Position numbers and translations under genes: made by a program. Under the pieces are notes generated by a model, which worked only from the letters and a program-made list of their open reading frames with translations, was not told where the DNA came from and ran no database searches. 64,000 nt of DNA from a virus (Duplodnaviria; Caudoviricetes): IMG/VR virus record IMGVR_UViG_2773857716_000001, positions 28,559-92,558 of that record; one strand, given 5' to 3'. Shown one piece after another: positions 57,841 through 64,000 of this stretch; the first letter of the stretch is position 1; each line of letters starts with the position of its first letter.

Positions 57841-58191
57841 ATGACTGAAGTAGAAGGAGAGGCCACAGTGACCGGCGGATACGCACTCGTAGTGCGGTTC
57901 ACAACCCGCGACGCTGACGCAGCCCGCGAGTTCGATGCCCTCGTGACCCGCACCGCCGAAGGCATCCGCAACGAGCCCGGGACGCTCGTGTACGTCACGC
58001 ACGTCCCCGAAGACGAACCCCTGGTGCGCGTCTTCTACGAGCTGTACGCGGACCGGGACGCCTTCCAGGCGCACGAGAACCAGCCGCACACGAAGCACTT
58101 CCTGAAGGAGAGGGAGCAGCACCTGACCAGCACCGAGGTGACGTTCCTGAACGAGGTGACCGGCAAGAGGCCGGCCGTGGAGGGGACATGA
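57841..58191 (+). CDS. ABM / putative quinol monooxygenase domain protein
   Basis: IRNEPGTLVY...FYELYADRDAFQAHENQPH. Confidence 0.85.
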   Translation: MTEVEGEATVTGGYALVVRFTTRDADAAREFDALVTRTAEGIRNEPGTLVYVTHVPEDEPLVRVFYELYADRDAFQAHENQPHTKHFLKEREQHLTSTEVTFLNEVTGKRPAVEGT

Positions 58192-59450
58192 ATAGTCGGA
58201 AGCCGACGGCCAGAGAGGTCGACCCGAAGGACGTCGAGTTCGGCCGGCGCGTGAAGAAGCTGCGCGAAGAACGGAAGCTGACCCAGCTCCAGTTCGCGGC
58301 GATGCTGGAGAAGACCGGCAGCTGGGTGTCGCAGATCGAGCGCGGCATCCAGCCGGTCACCCGCATCGACACACTCCAGGCCCTGGCAGACGCACTCAGC
58401 GTGCCAGTGCAACGGCTGCGCCCCGGAACCCCGGCCCCGAGCGCTCCAGCCGAGATTCCGCAGCCGATGTCGTACACCAACGACCTCGACGGTGCAGCGC
58501 AGCTGATCTCCGGCCACCCCGCGCTGGGCACACTGCTGGGGACCGACTCCACAAGCGGCCCGGTATCGCTCGATGACCTGCGTACCGAGGTCGACGAGAT
58601 CTGGGAGCTGACGCACGCCGACGAATACGCCGCGGTCAGCGAGTCCCTCGAGGACCTGCTGCCAGCTCTGGAACGTGCCGTGCGCGTCGTCGACCGGGAG
58701 CAGCGCCCCGAGGCGTACTCACTGCTGGCCCGGACCTACCAGGCCCTGGCTGCCGCGTTCGTCCGGCAGGGGCTTCCTAGTCCGGCGTGGGTGGCCGCTG
58801 ATCGCGCAATCTCGGCCGCCGAGCGGTCCGGTGACCCCCTCAGCGTCTGCGCTGGCATCTTCCGGATGGTTCAAGCCTTCGTACGCAACAAGGAGCTAGG
58901 CCAGGCCGCGCACGCGGCCCGTACGGCCACCCTGGCGCTCAGCGCGCGTGACGATCTGGGCCCAAAAGGGTTGTCCGTGCTAGGCGCCCTGCATCTCACG
59001 CTCGCCCTTGTGAGTGCACGGTCCGCGGAGCGCGCTGAAGCCAAGGAGGAGATCCAGAAAGCCCGGGAGATCGCAGCTCAGATCGGCGAGGATCGGAACG
59101 ACTTCAACCTGGAGTTCGGGCCGACGAACGTCGAGATCCACGCTGTGTCCATCGCGGTCGAACTGGGTGATGCCGGGGAGGCCGTGGACATCGGTCTCTC
59201 GATCGACGCGGAGAGCCTTTCTCCGGAGCGGCAGGGGAGGTTGCTGATGGACCTGGGGCGAGCGTATGCGCAGCGCCGCAGGATCCCGGAGGCCGTGGAC
59301 TGCCTGCTGCGTGCCGAGGCTCTGACGCCCCAAATGATCCGTACGCATGGCGCTTCGCGTGCAGCGATCAAGGATCTGGTCCTGATGGCTGGAGACAAGG
59401 TGACTGCCGACCTGGTGGGTCTGGCGGAGAGGGCTGATGCCATGCCCTGA
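58188..59450 (+). CDS. XRE-family HTH regulator with TPR-like C-terminus
   Basis: LREERKLTQ...SWVSQIERG; helical repeats; FGPTNV. Confidence 0.85.
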   Translation: MNSRKPTAREVDPKDVEFGRRVKKLREERKLTQLQFAAMLEKTGSWVSQIERGIQPVTRIDTLQALADALSVPVQRLRPGTPAPSAPAEIPQPMSYTNDLDGAAQLISGHPALGTLLGTDSTSGPVSLDDLRTEVDEIWELTHADEYAAVSESLEDLLPALERAVRVVDREQRPEAYSLLARTYQALAAAFVRQGLPSPAWVAADRAISAAERSGDPLSVCAGIFRMVQAFVRNKELGQAAHAARTATLALSARDDLGPKGLSVLGALHLTLALVSARSAERAEAKEEIQKAREIAAQIGEDRNDFNLEFGPTNVEIHAVSIAVELGDAGEAVDIGLSIDAESLSPERQGRLLMDLGRAYAQRRRIPEAVDCLLRAEALTPQMIRTHGASRAAIKDLVLMAGDKVTADLVGLAERADAMP

Positions 59451-59616
59451 CAGGCGACGGCCGACCGGTGTGGAGACCGGCCGACCGTCTAAGCCCGGCG
59501 CTACACGAGTGCATCGCAGCCAGCGCCGAGATGACGTACCAACCAGCAAGGAAGGCCGTCCTAATGAGCCTATCGCTACTTTCGCACGACGAAAGAAGTC
59601 GGGGTGAAGAACCCCG

Positions 59617-59910
59617 ATGACCAGCAAGAACAATGTGCCGCCGTACATCTCGTTCACCGAAGGAGCGCAGCTCCTGGTGGACCGGAACCTCGTCTCCAGC
59701 ATGACCCCGCAGGGCCTGCGCTACATCGCCCGCAGCCGCGCAGACGAGTGGCCGTTCGGCGAAGGGCGCACCAAGAGCGGCAAGAAGCGCGTGCCGTATT
59801 TCATGGCCAGTGGCACTCGGATGATGCCGACCGAGGAGTTCCTGGCCTACTTCGAGAAGAAGCCGCCTCGAGGGCGCGGGCCGAACAAGAAGCCCCGGGG
59901 GTCTCGGTGA
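59617..59910 (+). CDS. small basic DNA-binding (Xis/AlpA-like) protein
   Basis: ISFTEGAQLL...MTPQGLRYIAR. Confidence 0.55.
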   Translation: MTSKNNVPPYISFTEGAQLLVDRNLVSSMTPQGLRYIARSRADEWPFGEGRTKSGKKRVPYFMASGTRMMPTEEFLAYFEKKPPRGRGPNKKPRGSR

Positions 59911-60138
59911 GCCGCTTAGGCCGCCTAGGCCGCGTTCGCGGTAGTCCTGGACGCGCGAACGGCCGGCGAGTGTGGAGCTCACCGGCCGCCCGAAGCGCAA
60001 CAGCGAGTGCGACCTCGCTGCACAAATCGCCATCCCTGCAAAAGAGGCGTTGATGAAGAGCGTACCCAAAGCAGTACGGGAAGTCCGTACTACCCCCAGC
60101 CACATGGTCGTGATCCTCCGCACGGCGGAGGTGCCTGC

Positions 60139-61299
60139 GTGAAGACGCCCATCCGCCGCACGCAGCCGAAGTTCTCGTTCGTGCAGGTCCCGAACCTCGT
60201 CGCTCGCGACTACCGCCTTTCCTGGCGGGCCCGCGGGCTGCTGGTGGAGCTGCTCAGCTACCCGCCGGGCTGGGAGACGACGGTCGACGACATGGTCGAC
60301 CGGGCGAAGAAGGAGGCCGCCAAGCACGGCGGCAAGGTGGAAGGCCGCGAGGCCATGCGCAGCGCGGCGAACGAGCTGGTGCAGTTCGGCTACATCATCC
60401 GCAACCGGTTCCAGGACGAGCGTGGCCACTGGCGGACCGAGTCTCTGCTGTCAGAGGAGCCACTGTTGACCTTCATGCTCCAGGGAGCTGTTTCCGCTGA
60501 TGGAGCCGGGGCCCAGGATCCCGTTTCCGGTGTGACCTGCGGAAACACTGCGTTTGGTGCTGGTCAGGCCGAAGACGGGTTTCCGGGCGTCGGTTTTCCG
60601 GCAGTCGGTTTCCCGGGCCGTATTAGTAATACGGAGAGCAACACAGACACGAACAAGACGGATGGGGCACCTTCGGCGCATCGCGCCCTGGATGTCCGTA
60701 GGACAGGTGCAGGTAGTAGAGGCGGATCCGAGGGCGGCTTCGCCGCGTCCGGCAACAGCAAGCCCCGTCTCACCCGAGAGCAGAAGCAGATGGTGCAGGC
60801 CGTACGGGATCTCCTGCCCCGCGACCTGGACCGGGCTCTGCCGGTGAAGACGCCCCGGAACATCGCAGACGACATCCTCGCCGGCTTGGCGGAGGGCACG
60901 CCGCGGTCGCGGACGCCTGAGCAGCTGGTGGCCTACCGGGTGCTGCCTCGTTGGGAGCGTTTCTGGGCATCGAAGTTCTACGCGGGAGAGCTGGGCAAGC
61001 AGCCGTTCGGCCCGCTGCGGGCCATGGTGACGGCCGATGATTCGGACCACGACCGGTGCGACGAGCGGGTGGACGTCGACACCGCCGAGCCGTGCCGGTC
61101 TTGCGAGGTGAGGAAGAGCGACCGCAAGGCCGACCGTCAGCGAGAGTCCGCAGGAGCCCCCCGGGCGCCAGAAGCGCAACCGTCTGTGCCCGTCCAGGCG
61201 GCTCCTGGCCGACCGCGGTGCCCGGAGTGCACACGCCCACTGATCGGCGCCACCGAGCCCGTTCTCTGCCGGGACTGCCGAGAAGGCGCGCTCGTCTGA
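60139..61299 (+). CDS. phage-type replication initiator (HTH) with C-terminal Zn finger
   Basis: FVQVPNLVARDYRLSWRARGLLVELLSYPPGW...ELVQFGYI; internal tandem repeats. Confidence 0.7.
   Translation: MKTPIRRTQPKFSFVQVPNLVARDYRLSWRARGLLVELLSYPPGWETTVDDMVDRAKKEAAKHGGKVEGREAMRSAANELVQFGYIIRNRFQDERGHWRTESLLSEEPLLTFMLQGAVSADGAGAQDPVSGVTCGNTAFGAGQAEDGFPGVGFPAVGFPGRISNTESNTDTNKTDGAPSAHRALDVRRTGAGSRGGSEGGFAASGNSKPRLTREQKQMVQAVRDLLPRDLDRALPVKTPRNIADDILAGLAEGTPRSRTPEQLVAYRVLPRWERFWASKFYAGELGKQPFGPLRAMVTADDSDHDRCDERVDVDTAEPCRSCEVRKSDRKADRQRESAGAPRAPEAQPSVPVQAAPGRPRCPECTRPLIGATEPVLCRDCREGALV
60576..60634 (+). repeat. three 15-bp iteron-like repeats plus AT-rich near-palindrome (origin candidate)
   Basis: cgggtttccgggcgt / cggttttccggcagt / cggtttcccgggccg, then ccgtattagtaatacgg. 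Confidence 0.55.
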
Positions 61300-61372
61300 C
61301 CGACCGCCCGGCGGCCCGCAGCGTCGCCGGGCTTGTCAGTGCCCACCGCTACCGTCCAGCCATGGGGGAACC

Positions 61373-61873
61373 ATGACGAATGCGCGCACCGCGCTCTACC
61401 GCCTCTTCGACGCCGACGGCCATCTTCTGTACGTCGGCGTCACGAAGGACACCAAGTCTCGATGGCAGACCCACGCCCTGGAACAGTGCTGGTGGCACCT
61501 GGTGACGCATAACAAAGTCACCTGGTACCCCAGTCGACGCGAGGCCGCGGACGCGGAGAAGCAAGCCATCTACGACGAAGATCCGGTATACAACTACATC
61601 TGGAAGAAGGGGAGGGTTACCCGCCTGGCTGGCGAACTCCCGCCGGACCCCTTCCTGGAGCCCTTCGTGCACGCGATGCGCGACAAGATCCTGTCTGGCA
61701 AGTATCCGCCGGGGCACGTCTTCCTCGCCGATCTGGCTACGGCGTTGAGCCTTGGCGCGTCGCTCACGACGTTTTCCAAGGCGTTCTACGCGCTACAGCG
61801 CGAGAAGCTGGTCGCTTACCGGCCTCAGTCACGGATCCAGGGCCGGCGCTGCGCATCCTTCGTCGTCACCTGA
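61373..61873 (+). CDS. GIY-YIG-like domain fused to a GntR-like wHTH
   Basis: ALYRLFD...LLYVGVT...RW..H...AEKQAI..EDPVYN; MRDKILSGKYPPG. Confidence 0.7.
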   Translation: MTNARTALYRLFDADGHLLYVGVTKDTKSRWQTHALEQCWWHLVTHNKVTWYPSRREAADAEKQAIYDEDPVYNYIWKKGRVTRLAGELPPDPFLEPFVHAMRDKILSGKYPPGHVFLADLATALSLGASLTTFSKAFYALQREKLVAYRPQSRIQGRRCASFVVT

Positions 61874-61973
61874 CGAACGCATCTGATCAGGCCAGCGCGG
61901 CGCGGCCGGCGTCCGTGGCCTCCACGAGGTCCGGGCGCCGGCCGTTCGCCGGACCCTTCCCTAAGGGTTGGCC

Positions 61974-62402
61974 TCAACTGAACGCGTCGGCGATCGCTTG
62001 GGCGTACCCCTGACACTGCGCCAGGACTTCCTTGACCTCGTCGTCCGTGTAGTCGCTCTCACAGAGGCCAAAGATGTACCGGGCGAGGTGCATGCGCATC
62101 CACTCACTGTCGCCCCACGATTCGTAGGCGCACAGCCGCGGCGCCCCGTGCAAGCGCGCCAGGTCTTGCAGATGAAAGGCTACGAAGTGCGGAACGCCCG
62201 TGTCGTTGATGACGGCTTTGAGGCCGGTCGAAGGACACCGGGCCCCCCTTGGGGCGGGACCGAAGTAGCGGGCGCGGGCCCAGCACAGCAACTCGGCGTC
62301 ATCGATGAGGGCGTGAGCCGCGCGGATCCTCGCGAACTCGGGGTGGAGGGTCGTCACGGCGGAAACCCCACCAGGCTCTGGCGCCGGCCGGTCGTCGTAC
62401 AT
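61974..62402 (-). CDS. hypothetical protein
   Basis: ORF only; alternative GTG start at 62357. Confidence 0.45.
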   Translation of the reverse strand: MYDDRPAPEPGGVSAVTTLHPEFARIRAAHALIDDAELLCWARARYFGPAPRGARCPSTGLKAVINDTGVPHFVAFHLQDLARLHGAPRLCAYESWGDSEWMRMHLARYIFGLCESDYTDDEVKEVLAQCQGYAQAIADAFS

Positions 62403-62410
62403 GACCGCAC

Positions 62411-62695
62411 TCAGTTCCCTTCCTCAGTCAAACCGTCGAGCATCTTGTTCTTGTCGAACTTGCCGTCCTCATCGGTCCAGCCCAGGTCGTCGATGGCGAC
62501 GCTCATCACGAGGTCCACGTAGTCCTTGCGCTTGACGCCCTCGCACTCGGCCGGCTTGCTCTTGTCGCCCTCCGGCCGGGCCTTCAACGCCGTCAGGCAG
62601 GACTCCGTCAGCTCCTCGTAGCTCTGGCCGCAGCCAGTGACGCCGGCGAGGCCGGCCAGCAGGGCGGCGGCGGTGATGACGGTGCGGATGCGCAT
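62411..62695 (-). CDS. lipoprotein
   Basis: Signal peptide with VTGC lipobox. Confidence 0.7.
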   Translation of the reverse strand: MRIRTVITAAALLAGLAGVTGCGQSYEELTESCLTALKARPEGDKSKPAECEGVKRKDYVDLVMSVAIDDLGWTDEDGKFDKNKMLDGLTEEGN

Positions 62696-62933
62696 GGGTC
62701 CCCGAGGTCGTGGTGTGGGGGCATCATCCCGGGTTGGGTGGGGGCGTGTGGGTGGCGTGACGGAACGGTGACGTCCACGGGGTGCTGCGGTCGGGTCTCG
62801 AGGGTCGACTTCATCGAACCTGTTGCGTCAACCCTCGAAAAGCGTCATGCTGTGGACGCGCCCAAGGGAGCAGCCACCACCAGGTGCGCCCCAGCCGGCG
62901 CCACCCAGCAGCCTCAACTCGCGGAGGTCCACC

Positions 62934-63380
62934 ATGTGGCAGTCCATCATCGCGATCCTCGGCACCCTGGCCGGCGCCTCCGTCACCGCCTGGTTCCAGC
63001 AGCGCGGGCAACGCGCCGAACGCACCGCCACCGCGACCGCTGCGCACCGCAGGGACGCGCTGGACGCCGTCACCGACCTCGTCACCGCGCTCGCCGACCA
63101 CCGCAAGGCGATGTGGCTGCGGGAGGACGCCCGTCTCTCCGGCGCCGATTGGGCTGGGCTGCGTGCCGACTCGCACACCACCCGCGCAGCGATCACCGCC
63201 CCCGCCGTCCGCGTCACCGTCCTCCTGCCGGGCCTCGCCACCGCCGTCCAGGCCGCCGCGGCCGCCACCTATGCGATGCGCAACGCCACCGACCACGCTG
63301 CGTTGAACGCAGCCCGCGAGGATGCCATCACCGCCACCGACGCGCTCACCCACGCCGCCGGTGGACTCCTCGCCGCATGA
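62934..63380 (+). CDS. kilB: KilB-like plasmid protein
   Basis: IIAILGTLAG...ALADHRKAMWLRE resembles Streptomyces plasmid KilB as recalled; GGAGG RBS. Confidence 0.65.
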   Translation: MWQSIIAILGTLAGASVTAWFQQRGQRAERTATATAAHRRDALDAVTDLVTALADHRKAMWLREDARLSGADWAGLRADSHTTRAAITAPAVRVTVLLPGLATAVQAAAAATYAMRNATDHAALNAAREDAITATDALTHAAGGLLAA

Positions 63381-63483
63381 CCCCCTGGGCGCCGCACCCG
63401 CGGCGCCCGCTCCACCGCGTCGGGGTAACGAACCCCGCTGACCGCGGAACCATAGACACCCGCCTCCCCTCGAGGAGCCCCGC

Positions 63484-63816
63484 ATGATCCGCACCACGTA
63501 CAAGGGCCGCGACATCAAAATCCTCAAAGCCCGGCAGCCCGGACACGTCCGCACCTTCATCAACGGCCAGATCATCAGCCACGCCTGGCAGGGCACCGAA
63601 GTTCAGGCCCTCGACTGGTTCCGGCAGGTCATCGACAAGATCGACGCCCGCGGCCCCGGCAACAACCCCTACGAGACGTCGCCCCACTGGTACGAGCCCG
63701 GCACCTACACCCTCAACAAGTTCGGGCACGTCATCGCCAAGGACGGAGGCGCCTGCTGCTGCGACCTGTGCCTCACGTGGCCGGAGAAGAACATCCCAGT
63801 GGAGGCCGCCGCATGA
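63484..63816 (+). CDS. hypothetical protein
   Basis: GAGGAG RBS; CCCDLC. Confidence 0.6.
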   Translation: MIRTTYKGRDIKILKARQPGHVRTFINGQIISHAWQGTEVQALDWFRQVIDKIDARGPGNNPYETSPHWYEPGTYTLNKFGHVIAKDGGACCCDLCLTWPEKNIPVEAAA

Positions 63817-63986
63817 CGCAGAACCGCATGCCCCAGCCGAACAGTTGCCGCTGGTGCGGCATCGACCAGCGCCAGCACATGCAGCAGTGGAAGCCGCCCG
63901 TGGGCTGGCACCAGTGGGAGCAGCCCACCCAAGACCAGATCAAAGCCCGGATGCTAGCCCGACGCCAACAGAGGGGCAGCAAGTGA
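63813..63986 (+). CDS. small Cys/His/Trp protein
   Basis: Coupled ORF MTQNRMPQPNSCRWC... Confidence 0.5.
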   Translation: MTQNRMPQPNSCRWCGIDQRQHMQQWKPPVGWHQWEQPTQDQIKARMLARRQQRGSK

Positions 63987-64000
63987 CCGACGACCTGTGG

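Larger units (their letters stand above)
1..64000. mobile_element. Streptomyces phage-plasmid / prophage (siphovirus morphogenesis plus TraB-type conjugation plus replication genes); extends beyond both window ends
   Basis: Contiguous terminase-portal-capsid-tail-lysis genes, an FtsK/TraB translocase, KilB- and Spd-like genes, replication and recombination genes; no host core genes seen. Confidence 0.88.

Overview
GC-rich, Streptomyces-like DNA with no host housekeeping genes. The whole window reads as part of one large hybrid element, a siphovirus-type phage-plasmid of the kind exemplified by Streptomyces pZL12. From left to right it contains: (1) a replication module with an HTH initiator-like gene followed by two DciA/DUF721-type genes, one fused to a SLOG domain; (2) an early region with a WhiB-like protein, a PAPS-reductase-like protein, a C5 DNA methyltransferase, a Rad52/Sak annealase, a WYL protein, a stand-alone FtsK-gamma protein and two tyrosine-recombinase-family genes beside a dif-like site; (3) a full minus-strand virion and lysis gene set from terminase to tail fibres, with the tape measure gene split by a 1-nt frameshift; (4) a Streptomyces-type conjugation region with an FtsK/TraB translocase and Spd-like membrane proteins; (5) an ABM + XRE regulator pair, a second initiator-like gene with internal iteron-like repeats, and a KilB-like gene. 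The most notable non-coding signals are a structured RNA-like element whose loop is complementary to two hairpin loops in the rep leader, a pair of inverted 27-bp sites about 14.3 kb apart with lox/FRT-like architecture, a repeated late-gene leader motif, and a 100-bp imperfect palindrome in the transfer region. All family calls come from motif recognition by eye; no searches were run.
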